Of a stretch of 64,000 nt of DNA, positions 37,507 through 50,214 are shown in pieces (position 1 is the first letter of the stretch; every line of letters starts with the position of its first letter). The translations under genes and the position numbers were made by a program. The DNA is from Octopus vulgaris (Eukaryota), in NCBI GenBank assembly GCA_951406725.2, contig OX597817.1, positions 52,514,001 to 52,578,000 of the forward strand. The letters run 5' to 3'. A model generated the notes under the pieces. It worked only from the letters and a program-made list of their open reading frames with translations, was not told the origin of the DNA and made no database searches.

Positions 37507-38507
37507 AGTAATCCCTTGCTACTTCGCGGTTCAACTATCATGGATTCAGGACTTTGCGGATTTTTAAAATATATATTTTTTTTTTTTTTTTTTTTTTTTT
37601 GTACTTGTTTCAGTCATTTGACTGCGGCCATGCTGGAGCACCGCCTTTAGAGTGGTGAAAGAGTACAGCAGGGATCACCACCATCCCCTGCCGGAGCCTC
37701 GTGGAGCTTTTAGGTGTTTTCGCTCAATAAACACACACAACGCCCGGTCTGGGAATCGAAACCGCGATCCTCCGACCGCAAGTCCGCTGCCCTAACCACT
37801 GGGCCATTGCGCCTCCTTCATATATATATGAACACCTAAAATTTTTCATTAAATCCATGAAAATATCAATATTATTATTTCCTAGTCTAGGAACAACAAA
37901 ACAAGCGTAAAATAGCAAAAAAGCATACACAGGGGTACTTAAGACGGGCTGTGATTGGTGCAATGGAGAGAGACAATGAATCACAGCTTTCTATTTTGTA
38001 ATCTGGCCTGTGACTGGTGCTTTGACCGATGCTCAGATTTGCAGCATCTTCCCTTGTCTCTTTCTCACAGTCATTTCGTTTCAAGCTTTCTCGCCGAGTG
38101 GTTTACTGTACTACTTTACGCTGTGCTGTGTGTGATTTTTTTTTTCTGTTTCTTTGCGTTTCGAAAGAAGTGGAAGAGGTATCCCAGGAAAGGGCACCAC
38201 TGTCAGCTTCATCATCATTTCTACTGCGCAGCAAATTCATCATCATTCAAATTTTTTTTCAACTTCTTTCGTGTTGAGTATAGTAACAATCTATATTTTT
38301 TTTAATCTAAAGTGTTATTGCTTAACAGTTGTCCTTGTTATTAATAGACTACTGTAATGGATGGGTTGTTAACAGTACAGGGAAGGTTTTAAAAGTTCAA
38401 ATGCACGTTAAATAAATACTGTAAATATGGTGTCCCTACTTCGCGAAAATTCAGCTATCACGACCGGTCTTGGAACCAATCTACCTTGATAAACGAGGGA
38501 TCACTGT
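37507..38507. mobile_element. Tigger/pogo-like non-autonomous DNA transposon with a SINE inserted
   Basis: Termini agtaatccct..ctacttcgcg / cgagggatcactg-TA; SINE at ~37600-37817. Confidence 0.55.
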
Positions 38508-39999
38508 ATATAATATATAATATAGGGCTGACTGAGTGAAAAGAAAGATTATATAATATAGAATAATGAACTTATTGTAGACAGTGCTCAGGTGCACTAC
38601 AACTCATCAGAAAAAGTTTATGAATGGTGAAGATAAGTGAACAGTGAATGAGTAATTAAAAGCAAAAAAAAAAAGAAAGAGGGGTGGGTGGGACATGAAG
38701 TGTACTGTTGGTGAATTTCAGGAAACAGAAGTTTAAGGATGTAGTGTTCCAACAGCTAACAACTGATGCAGGTAATTTATTCCATGCTTCAACAATTCTG
38801 AGCATGAAAAGTTGAGATGAAAAGACAAGAGAGTTCAGAATTATATGTGAAAATAGTCAAAGAGATATAAGTATCACTTCAAGACATGTAACAGCAAAGA
38901 AACAGGAGCTTCAAAGTTAAAGTTAATTTGTTGGAAAAATGAAAGGAATAGGTGAGAATTCAGAGAAATTCCAGATTTCAAGATTGTCATGAGGATTTTG
39001 CACAAGCAACACCAAAATCAGTCAAAATACAAGAATATCAAAAACTTGTTTTTGTGTCTTGTTATTGTATAATGGAAGATCACATGACATCTAATGGTTT
39101 AAAGGCATATTTGAAGGTAATCTTGGATTCCTAGATTACCAAACCAATTCCACTTATACTCCATGACTGAATAATTACACCTAGGAAAATAGACAAGTTT
39201 CCATTATCATCATTGTTTAACGTCCACTTTCTAATGCCAACCACTCCGTGAGTGTAGTGGGTGCTTTTTACATGCCACCAGCACAGATGCCAGGCGAGGC
39301 TGGCAATGGCTATGATCGGTTGGTGCTTTTTACGTGCCACCGGCACGAAGGCCAGTTGAGGTGGCGCTGGCAACGGCCACGTTTGGATTGTTCTTTTACA
39401 TGCCACCGGCACTGGTATCACAACTACAATTTCCATTGATTTTTGATCGATTTCAATTTCACTTGCCTCAACAGGTCTTCACAAGCAGAGTTTTGTGTCC
39501 CAAGAAGGAAAGGTATGCATAAGTGGACTGGCTACATATCAGGTAAAGGCCACGGGTTCTGGTCAAAAAAACCTATTTGCTTGATGTGCTAAAAATAACA
39601 GGAGAATCTGCTCAAAATCCCATCCCAGTAGCTTTGATAAAAAAGAAACATTGATCATATAGAACTGGACACACCGCAGCTGAAAGGTGAGATATTATGG
39701 TCATGGCTGGAAAGTCTGATCAAATGAGCCTAAACTACAGCTTCTCCATCATATCAAACCTATAATGTAATTTCGAAGTGGTTACTCAGCCTGGGGTTAA
39801 ACAATAACAAAAATAAGTCAAGCCTCTATGTGGTTGCTCAACCAGTTCTGACCTTTAGGCCAGCAGTAGATTTTAGGCTAGCTATAATTTATTCCCGGCC
39901 AACTGTGACCTCTGTTCAGTTAGGTGCAGTCTCGGCACTAGCTGTGATCTTCAGATAAGCTTTAACTATCTAGACCATGGTCAAATGTGACTGTTAGTC

Positions 40000-40120
40000 A
40001 AGCTGTGACCTCCATACTATCAGTGACCACTAGACTATCAGTGACAACCAGACTATCAGTGACCTCCAGACAATCAGTGACCTCCAGACAATCAGTGACC
40101 TCCAGATCAGTTGTGATCTT
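40000..40120. repeat. 18-bp minisatellite (tcagtgacctccagac(t/a)a) x ~6
   Basis: Direct tandem copies visible 150 bp downstream of the 40272 donor. Confidence 0.85.
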
Positions 40121-40271
40121 CAAGGGATTAGTCTGTATTTTCAAAACAAAAGAGACAAATGCACTTCCTTATATTGTTCTGCCTTTCCAAAGATCTGACT
40201 CTAGAAATAACAGTTGTTGCTGTCAGCAATTTAGTGGGAAATGAAGTGATGCCGTCCAAAGTTTTACTTAC

Positions 40272-40667
40272 CATTTACTGGAGGGGGAACATCAGTAGCG
40301 GCCAAAGACAGAGAATCTTCGGCAATGCCAACACTCTTGTCAACCTTATCACACTCCATTACTGTGATGGGACTTGGGACAGTGGACGGGGGTTCGGAAG
40401 GTGGTGGCGTGAGGGGTGGAGGAGGTGCAACAAAGGAACATGGACGCTGTATTTTAGTCAGCTCTTCTAAACTATCGGACAGATCGGTTGCAGCTAGGAT
40501 GGAAGCATCTGCAGGGTGTGTCATTCCATCAGTGCCATCTACTATGGAGCATGCAGCTGGTGCAGGTTTGTCAGGAAATGAGTCAGTGTATCGACGATTC
40601 TTCTCTCTATTTCTGAAGTTATATTCTAGAACATCAGCATGCAGTGTGCGTTCATTGAGTGAGGAGC
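40272..40667 (-). CDS. COBL: Cobl-like symmetric exon, Pro-rich (RPCSFVAPPPPLTPPPSEPP)
   Basis: tacttccag acceptor, AATG|gtaag donor, 396 nt, phase 1->1, open frame. Confidence 0.82.
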
Positions 40668-40941
40668 CTGGAAGTATGGGAAATTAGAGTTGAACAAAAG
40701 ACGAGACATAAAGAGCAGTGACTGGCAAATTAGGAGAGGAAGCAACAGAGAATAAATTGAAAAAAGAAAATAGCTGTGTGTATATGTCTGAGTATATGGA
40801 CTGATTTCTCAGTTCATACAAACAGACAGCAAGTGCACGTGATTGAGGCCTCCAAAAGCAATACCATAGAAGAACAAGCACCTTTCTGAGTGGCATCCTT
40901 AGTATAACTTACAGGTTGATGACTGTGGTGAGGTGAGTTAA

Positions 40942-41141
40942 GCCGGCGAGCTGGCAAAATCGTTAGCACGCCGTATTTCGTTCTGAGTTCAAATTCTGCC
41001 GAGGTCGACTTTGTCTTTCATCCTTTTGGGGTTGATAAATTAAGTACCAGTTGCTCACTGGGGTCGATGTAATAGACTTAATCTGTTTGTCTGTCCTTGT
41101 TTGTCCCCTCTATGTTTAGCCCCTTGTGAGTAATAAAGAAA
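40942..41141 (+). mobile_element. tRNA-derived SINE (family C; gaggtcgactttgcctttcatcc core)
   Basis: ggcgagctggcaaaatcgttagc...gagttcaaattc B box. Many minus-strand copies: 9143-9376, 10850-11035, 12097-12296, 13745-14150, 22530-22730, 31250-31465, 55105-55360. Plus copy 59478-59680. Confidence 0.85.
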
Positions 41142-41537
41142 CAGACTGTGGTTAGGTGATCACTGTAGTAGATTTTTAAAAATCCTTTTGTCTAATCAAA
41201 AACAGGTTGATTTTGCTGTAATAGTGATACTTGTATGCCTCTGCCAAGTACACTTACTTGTCGCTGTCTCTTTCTATGCATCTGCACTGATGTCAGTAAT
41301 CTTCAAACTACATATGTGAATGTTCCTGTTGACCGAGATCCTGCAGAAAACTTGCCAAACAATATATTTTGGGAAATGAAACCATTATGCGAGCAGCAGT
41401 TGTAGAATTGTTGCTGCTGCTGCCAGAATAGGGGAGACATACTTGATATTTTGGCCTGGAGATGCTCAGGATCTAATACAGGTACTACGGAGGGTAGCAG
41501 TTAAGATGGCACTCTTGGCAATATGTATATTTATGTA

Positions 41538-42099
41538 TTGGGTTGTCCGGAAAGTTTATGCCGATTTTTAAGGAAAGAAAAAGGTAAATAAATACTTGCC
41601 ATTACATTTTTAATCAACCAAATATGAACCATTTTGTTGCACAATGCGTCTCCATCTTTCCTTTAACTTAAAAATACCCTCTTCCCAGAATTGAAGTGGT
41701 TCCATGGCAAAGAATTCATCAAGGTATCTTTTGATGTCATCCAAGGAATTGAAATTTTTACCATTAAGACTATTCTGCAGAGGCCTGAATAAGTGGAAAT
41801 CCGAAGGAGCAATATTTGGTGAATATGGAGGGTGGGGTAACTCATCCCAGCCGAGCTGCAGCAATTTTTGTCTGGTTCCCAAAGCATCAAGTGCCGAAAA
41901 TGAACATTCTTATCTTCCATTTTAAAAGGTTACATAATTAACACAGGTTATAGGAACATAAACCTTCTTTTATGAAAAGATAGCTTAAACTGTGCTCTAA
42001 ATGGAGGTGTAGTCAATTCCTATTTTATGGACTCAGCCATCTTCTAAAATAAGTCGAAAGGTAAGCTATAAATTGGCACAAACTTTTCAGACAACCCAA
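41538..42099 (-). mobile_element. Internally deleted mariner element
   Basis: TA-flanked TIRs ttgggttgtccggaaagtttatgccgattt / aaattggcacaaacttttcagacaacccaa. ORF 41610-41882 has HPPYSPNIAPSDFHLF (YSPDLAPSD motif). Confidence 0.9.
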
Positions 42100-43214
42100 T
42101 ATATTGTTCAACTCTCACTGCTAGAGGGAGGCACTCAGTACCCAGATTGTATACTGCAATTTTGTTGGCTGCTCATTGTTGAGTTTATTCTTTTCACACA
42201 CTCTAGGAAAATTTGGTCAAAGCAGCAATAGGTTTCCTCATCTGTCCAGTATGTTCTGGGTCAAGGGGAAAGTTTAAAAAATTTTTAATTTTAAGTTGGT
42301 GAATTCATCCACCATTTGCAGGATGTGATTAACGATACTGATACTGAAAACTTCATTAACATCCTGGTCCATGATCTTTGTCTTCTTCAGACTATGTATG
42401 AGATATCAAAATGACATCCTCAGCAAAGAGTCTTTCCCTGATCAGAATCCAACACTCTTTGGCCTTTGCCCTGAGGATTGCAAGGTCAAAGAATTACCTG
42501 TTGGACTTTGTGTGTACATAAATTCCATTTCTATTGTTGGGTGTCCTGAATGCATTTTCAGGTACAAGAAATATCCCAAAACGTCTCAAAGCAATACAGA
42601 GCTCCATTTTGGAAGATCAGTGGTTTTGGAAACGATCTATTAAAATGTTACAGTCTCTGTATGTCATTGTGGGCAGGGATAATGATGTTCAGCAGCTTTT
42701 GCAACATCTAATTTTTTCCAAGAGTGTGAAAGGACCTTTTTTTTTCCCACTGATTCAAAGGCCTTAGTCATTTTAACAAAAAGGGATTTCTCAGTTCTTG
42801 ACTCTGTAGCCTTCTGAGCAATATCATAATGATCATGCATTTCTCATTTGTGAAAATGCACTGAGACGTCAACCTGATATTTTCTGCAAGTGTTGTTGAA
42901 GACCTTGCCAACAATGTTGGCCAAGCTGTGCCTCGGTCATTATTGCTGTCTCATTTTCCTCTTACAGTGTCTCACTTTTTCTGTTACACCTCAGAGTTTG
43001 TTAGGAAGACTTTAGCTATTGCTGTGGGTATGGCCATGAAGTTAAGAAGTTCAGAAACACATGGCTTTAGGTTCAATTCCATTGTATGATATCTTGAACA
43101 AGCAGCATCTTCCATAATTGTGGGTCAACCAAAGCCCCGTGAATTAAATGCAGGTGACAAACTACTTGGAAGATCCTTCAAGATATGTGTATATACATAC
43201 ATGTACACACACAT

Positions 43215-43246
<32 letters not shown>

Positions 43247-43466
43247 CATATCAAAGGGAAATGAAAATTAATTAAAATTTACATTTCCAGTGGTCTAACG
43301 TGTAAAAATTTAGTCCAAAAATCTATATATTAGTCATACAATATAGTGTATATTTCAACACATGAGGAATCCACTCATAGGAATTCAAGACGCTAGAAAG
43401 AACAGCTAGGTTCTATAACCACTAGTAGCTTGATCGCCCCGTGTGTATACGTTTAACCCTAGGTGG

Positions 43467-43540
43467 TCCTGCTGAAAAAGATTGCACCTGGTGAGTTCCT
43501 TTGCTAACTAAACTAAAATCAGAAACCAATTGGTCCAGGA
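43467..43540 (+). ncRNA. Type I hammerhead ribozyme motif (G8->A variant) in the loop of a fold-back element
   Basis: Stem I tcctg/cagga; core CTGAAAA; stem II gatt/aatc; GAAAC; palindromic stem III ACCAATTGGT; GTC cleavage triplet ending at 43535. Confidence 0.7.
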
Positions 43541-43796
43541 AACTAGATGATAAAATGTTTTTATTTTTCATTTAGTTCCTGTTGAATTTTATCCCTAATT
43601 TTTTGTGGTTATAGAACCTAGCTGTTCTTTCTAGCGTGTTGAATTCCTATGAGTGGATTCCGCATGTGTTTAAATATACACTATATCGTGTGTATATATA
43701 TATAGGTGGTGCTATTAAGTTAGATATATATATATAGGTGGTGCTATTAAGTTAGACATGGCCTGGGCCAATAATGGCCGAAACCTATCAAAGTAA

Positions 43797-43835
<39 letters not shown>

Positions 43836-44269
43836 GTGGGCAGATGGAATAATTGGGAAAAAGTTAGATAAAACACCTTGTAATATTTAGTTATGTCTCA
43901 AATTCAAATCCATTGTCTTTTGTCCTTCCATAATTGATAAAGTACCTGTAGAAGTACAGGGTAGAATTTCAATATAATTGCTCCAAAAGCTGGAAGATGA
44001 TGCCCCAGTATGGATAGAATCCAACAATTGAAAACAAATTTTTAAAAATAAGAAAAAAAAAAAAAAAAGAAATATAAAAAGCTGTCGCTGCAAACCAGTG
44101 TGAAATGTAAGAAACCAGAAACTCTTGGAATGGTATTCCATTGTTGTAGCAGTAACACAGAGATAGAGGAAATGAGGTGTAGTGCAAGTTGAGATATTCG
44201 GAGTCTAAGAAGAGAAAAGCAAGCAAATAAGCAAGCAGACAACAATGTGAACGTCACTACACAGCCTAC

Positions 44270-44449
44270 CTGTCTTGATGGCAATGACTGGAGTTTTGCA
44301 CTCGTTTTCATTATAAAAGGTGCGATCCAGTGAGGAAGTGGATGATCCGCAGGACGTGCTCAGTGCAGAGTATAAGGAAGAATCCAATCTGGCTATAGGA
44401 AAGGCTTTTCGGCGCATATTCTGAATGCTGGGAGAAACTTGAGGTCCTC
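44270..44449 (-). CDS. COBL: Cobl-like symmetric exon (GPQVSPSIQNMRRKAFPIARLDSSLYSALSTSCGSSTSSLDRTFYNENECKTPVIAIKT)
   Basis: ttactcag acceptor, ACAG|gtagg donor, 180 nt, phase 1->1, open frame. Confidence 0.7.
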
Positions 44450-45087
44450 CTGAGTAAATCCAAAACATACATTTTATATATATCATCATCAGCATCACCG
44501 TTTAACATCCGCTTTCCATGCTGGCATGGGTTGGATGACTTGACTGAGGACTGGCAAGCTGGGAGGCAACACCAGGCTCCAATCTGATCTGGCAAGGTTT
44601 CTACAGCTGGATGCCGTTCCTAATGCCAATCACTCCGAGAGGGTAGTGGGTGCTTTTTACATGCCACCAGCAAGGGAGCCAGTCAGGCAGCACTTACATT
44701 GACCACATTTGAACGGTGGTCTTTAGATGCCACTGGTATGGGTGCCAATGAGGCGGAACTGACATCGGCCATGCTCAAATAGTGCTATTTATGTGTTACT
44801 GGCACAGGAGCCAGTCAGGTGGCACTGGCATTGGCTGACTGTGTTATTATTATTATTATTCAAAACGGTTTGATTTGGTTCTATGTGAACAGAAACCTGA
44901 GTCGTTCAGGATTAGATTAACCGAATTTGCTAATTCGAGCCTGAATGAGCCGGGTTTTTGTTAGAAGTCTGCAAAATTTTATGTCAGGTGGAACCGAATC
45001 GAGTTGTTTAAATAATATTACAAGCAGCTCCTAAATATGTCAAGTGCCTTTTCTTTCATTTGTCCATTCATTTGTGTGTGTGTGTGT

Positions 45088-45526
<439 letters not shown>

Positions 45527-45661
45527 TTAGAGGACTGACCACTAAAAATGGACAGCCTATATGCTAGATATAGACGTCAAAATCGCCATTTTCCATGAAG
45601 AATGTGTTCTCAAGAAAAAATTCATCAAAAAATGAAAATATATGAAACAAAAAACGATTAC

Positions 45662-45736
45662 CTATGTACTAATTAGTTTTACTTGTTAATATTTACGTAT
45701 ATGGATACGCGAACATCTGCAAGATCATCAGCATAG
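45662..45736 (-). ncRNA. Type I hammerhead ribozyme motif (G12->A variant) in the loop of a fold-back element
   Basis: Minus strand: ctatg-CTGATGA-t-cttg...caag-t-AAAAC-taattagt-a-catag. Stem I ctatg/catag, stem III ACTAATTAGT, GTA triplet. Confidence 0.7.
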
Positions 45737-46954
45737 TTTGTCGTTTACAAAACACAATTTGGCGATTTTGATGTCTATATCTAGCGTATAGGCTGTTCAT
45801 TTGTAGTGGTCAGTCCTCTAAATTTTGTATGTAAAAAATTTTTTTAATCTTTGGATTTTTAAAAATATGCTAAGCCACTGGTTTTAATTGATTAATATCA
45901 ATTTCTACCGTTATTTAATTTATACATATATATATATATATATTGATTTCTGGTAGGGACATTGAATTTGTGCAACCATATTAAACTACCAAGAGTATTA
46001 AAGGTTTAGAAGTCAACACTGTGTTGAACTTTCTGTGTTGGCAGTGTCATGCAATCACTTATAAATTTATATCTCTACAGATTTTGTATAGAAATTAGAG
46101 CCAGCCTGGAAAATTATGACATTTTGTATACCAATATGTCAATGTAAATAATGCAATCAAAGATAGAAAAGTAGGTAATGGGTGTATAAATAGTGTTTTT
46201 GGATAACTAATGAATTAGATGTGGTCTGAAGGAAGGGCAAGAACTCCCGACATATGTATATACATCCATTACCTATTTTTCTATCTTTGATTTCCTTGTT
46301 TCCATAGATGTATTCATATCCAAAATGTAACTTTCAGTGCTGGTTTCAAATTCTATAGAAAATCTGCCACCACTTATCTCTCCCTGGCTCTTCTCTACCA
46401 TCTAATTTATATTCTGATCCACATGCCTTGTGAGTATGCCCTGGCACTTTGCCACCATCTCTTCTGCTCTCTTGCACTCTTTCTCCCTCTTACTACTTAA
46501 CCATGTATCATACCTGTTCCTGGCCTCAAGCTTGATCCCTCTCTCTCTCTGACTGGGTAATTGTGTATCTCCTCTACAGCAAGGCACCTGTTTCTATCTC
46601 TCTGTCACACTCTAACCTTTCCTCATCTGGCACAAGATCACCTCCTCCAATGTCCCATCCCCTCTCAAAGGACTTTTGTCTTGCAAGTTACTTGCTTACC
46701 CTGTCAGTGATGGTGCCACATAAAAAGCCTCAAGTTCAGATGGTAAAGTGGTTGATGTTTGGCAGGGCATCCCAAACGGATCTCATCTGTGCTAGTGCCA
46801 TGTAAAAAAGCACTCAGTCCACTGTGTGGAGTGGATGGTGTTAGGAAGGGCATCCAGCCAAAACAGACAGCGAAGCATCGTGCAGTTTTTTGCCAAGCAA
46901 GCTCCTCTCAAATTGTCCAACACATGCCAGCATGGAAAGTAGACATATTATGAT

Positions 46955-46992
<38 letters not shown>

Positions 46993-47288
46993 CGTGACCA
47001 ACTAGGCTATCAGATGTTGCTACACATCGCTGGTCACAATGCGCTTCGCATTGTTTTAGCCTTCAAATGATGCCACCCTGCCGGCTAAGTGAGCAGGCCA
47101 ACAGAAGAAAGAGTGAGAGAAAGTTGTGGCGAAAGAGTACAGCAGGGATTACCACCACCCCCTACTGGAGCCTTGTGGAGCTTTAGGTGTTTTCGCTCAA
47201 TAAACACTCACAACGCCCGGTCTGGGAATCGAAACTGCGATCCTACGACTGTGAGTCCACTGCCCTAACCACTGGGCCATTGCACCTC

Positions 47289-47328
<40 letters not shown>

Positions 47329-47975
47329 CTGTCTGCCTGTCTGTCTATACACACACACAAGATAGATATAAGTAGCTAGAAATACAGACACTTTTACATT
47401 CACTTCTTTTGTGCTGGCATGGGTTGAATAAGATTTTTTGAGACAGTATGATATGGATGAATGTTTGATGCTAACACTTGAATATTTTTAGATAAGATAC
47501 TTTATCCCACTAGTTCTTGTACGTCAAATCATTGAAGTGTGATACTGTATTGTTTATGCAGAATGTAAATGTCATCACTGCTTCAGCAGTATTAATTTGA
47601 AGTTACACAGAACAAAAACAACACACCCATGCACACATTTTGTTTGTTGATTAAGAAGGCTACCATTGGTTTCATGCCAAGGATTCTCAACAATTATCAA
47701 GCCTGCCACATGATATATTAGTACTCATCTCCATTATGTATTCTCATCCAAGATGGGAGCAAGTAGCAGGCTTGTTAACTGCTGAGAATTCTTTGCATGA
47801 AACCAATGGTAACCTTCTCAACCAACAAATAATATCTGTGTGTGTGTATATATATATATATAAATTTAAAATGAGGGTGAGAAAGTAGATATTAATTAAA
47901 TTAACATCGATTTCACACCAGTGGTCTAGCATATAAAAAAAACTAAAGGTTCAGTAAAATTGTATTATATACATA

Positions 47976-48186
47976 TTAGAGGGAAACCACTATGTGGACA
48001 CCCTTATGCTAGAAATAGATCTGCTATGGTCTTATCACTAAGAAATGTTCTCAAGAAAAATTTAGGAAAACAACCAAAATGTTTTGGTTGTTTTGCTAAA
48101 TTTTTCTTGAGAACATTTCTTAACGGAAAGACCATAGCAGATCTATTTCTAGCATAAGGGTGTCCACATAGTGGTTTCCCTCTAAT
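47976..48186. repeat. Near-perfect ~105-bp-arm palindrome, same family as 43242-43692 and 45523-45925
   Basis: tagagggaaaccactatgtggacacccttatgctag... and its reverse complement, with almost no loop. Shares the ccagtgg.ctagcatat leader. Confidence 0.9.
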
Positions 48187-48189
48187 ATG

Positions 48190-48220
<31 letters not shown>

Positions 48221-48657
48221 GCATGTATGTGTGTGTGTGTCTTGATATGATAATTGTAAATGAGTGTCACTGTCATACAAGCAGTGTAATTCCTTTCCAA
48301 TATTCCCTGAAACATATCTGGCCACAGGAAGATATTACTTTGCTTGGAAACAGATAATTGTTGGAAACAGGAAGAGCAACCAGCTGTAGAAAAATCTAAA
48401 TCAAATAACTCTGTCCACCCCATGTAAGCATGGACATCAAACGATGATGAAACCCTGCAAGTGAGAGGTGTGAACTGACCAAGTCACATGACTAAACCTG
48501 TAATTAAAAGCAAGTCTTAGACTTAACTCCCCAAGAAACTGCTATGACAAATGCATACCCAAACACCTTTGAACACAACCCCCAAACCTTCATACACACA
48601 AAGATAGAGCCAGATTGAAAATAAAATTTAAACTACTGTGGTGAAGATACAACTTAC

Positions 48658-49318
48658 CTGGCGGAGGTGGCGGAGCTGGTTTACGCTTTTTATAAGGACT
48701 AGCATACATATCATTTGCAGTTTTTTGTAAATGCAAACCAGGTACAGTTTTGCTTATATCGACATCGCTCTTGGAGTATGGTGCCGCATGAATTTCTGCA
48801 ATATTCACTGATTTTGATTTAATGTGTCTATCATTGTTGCTCTCCATGTATGTGATAGAATCAGTTCCAATCTTGTTGACCTCAAACTGTGAGGGAAGAT
48901 CTGGATGGGAGTGAAATTGTGGTTGTTGTTTTACATTGAGTGGGCTCTGAGAAGGAGAAAATTGGTGTGCATCAGGCGAAGGGGGAGTGATATGGCAGCC
49001 ATGTGCAGAAGTTGGTTCGATACGACCACTTGATTGCGAACTGGATCTTGAGTCATAAGCTGGCTGGTTACTGTAACCCAAAGTGTGGCCTGTGTTTTGG
49101 AAAGTCTCACCTTGGGAGGAGCTGGAGCCAGGCTGTGGTAACGTGTTTGATACGTGGCTCTGAACTGGATTAGCAACACCACCAGGCATTGTGGATGTCG
49201 GTGGTGGTGGCGCAGGCTTGCTCTTGGTAGATTTCTTTGGCTTCTTCATGTAATTTTCAAGGCTCTCTGTGACAGGCGAAAACATTGAGGTAGGCCGCTG
49301 TTTACCTGAGTTTCCCGA
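48658..49318 (-). CDS. COBL: Cobl-like exon with KSKPAPPPP and KKRKPAPPPPP motifs
   Basis: ttttcccag acceptor, CCAG|gtaag donor, 661 nt (phase 0->1). The motifs resemble the Cobl KrRAPpPP SH3-binding motifs. Confidence 0.88.
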
Positions 49319-49405
49319 CTGGGAAAATAAAAATGATAAATCAAATGTAAGATTATTTGAAGAATTCAAAAATGGCTCATTTGTGTCATATTCCGGTACT
49401 TCAAT

Positions 49406-50214
49406 ATTATTTACATTATTTACATTTGACGGATATTTGTCCTCATCTTGTTTGTTGTTAACACATTTCGGCTGATATACCCTCCAGCCTTCATCAGGCG
49501 TCTTGGGCACATGACGTAGTGGTTAAGAGTGTGGACTACTAACCCCAAGATTCCGAGTTCGATTCCAGGCAGTAACCTGAATAATCATCATCATCATCAT
49601 CGTTTAACGTCCGCTTTCCATGCTAGCATGGGTTGGACGATTTTGACTGAGGGCCGGTGAACCAGATGGCTGCACCAGGCTCCAATCTTGATCTGGCAAA
49701 GTTTCTACAGCCTGATGCCCTTCCTAATGCCAACCACTCCGAGAGTGTGGTGGGTGCTTTTTACATGTCACCAGCATAGGGGCCAGTCAGGCGTTACTGG
49801 CAATGACCTAGCTCAAATCTTTTTACACATACCACCGGCACAGGTGCTAGTAAGGTAACGCTGGCAACGATCACGCTCAAATGGTGCCCTTTTATGTGCC
49901 ACCAGCACGGAAGCAAGTTAGCTGCTCTGGCAACGATCACACTCGAATGGTGCTCTTGGCACCCTACAAGCACAGACACAAGTGCCAGTAAGGTGATGCT
50001 GGTAACGATAACACTCAAATGGTGCCTTTTATGTGCCACTAGCATTGAAAATACCTTGGGAATGAGAAACCAGGTTCGAAATTTCCTTAAGACACCCGAT
50101 GAAGGCTGGAGGGTATATCAGCCGAAACGTTGTGTTGACAACAAACAAGATGGGGACAAATATCCATTAAATGTAAATAATGTACATAATTCCTCATCTC
50201 TTAAATATAGAACT
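49406..50214 (+). mobile_element. Second copy of the tRNA-head/hammerhead fold-back SINE, interrupted by a family B SINE
   Basis: Inverted tail 49406-49505, tRNA head 49505-49580, tail 50046-50214 with HHR motif at 50091-50136. Confidence 0.8.
49583..50045 (-). mobile_element. SINE family B with (GAT)n tail and internal ~65-bp tandem repeats
   Basis: catcatcgtttaacgtccgctttccatgctagcatgggttggacg... Copies at 2183, 4412, 6480, 11928, 39205, 44484, 54455, 58500 and 61015; opposite orientation at 3370-3575, 5283-5727, 36880 and 46700. Confidence 0.8.

Noticed and set aside
49319-49510. N-terminal part of the 306-aa ORF (MPKTPDEGWRVYQP...)
   Set aside because: Derived from the HHR-SINE tail and intron; the true exon starts at the acceptor at 49318.
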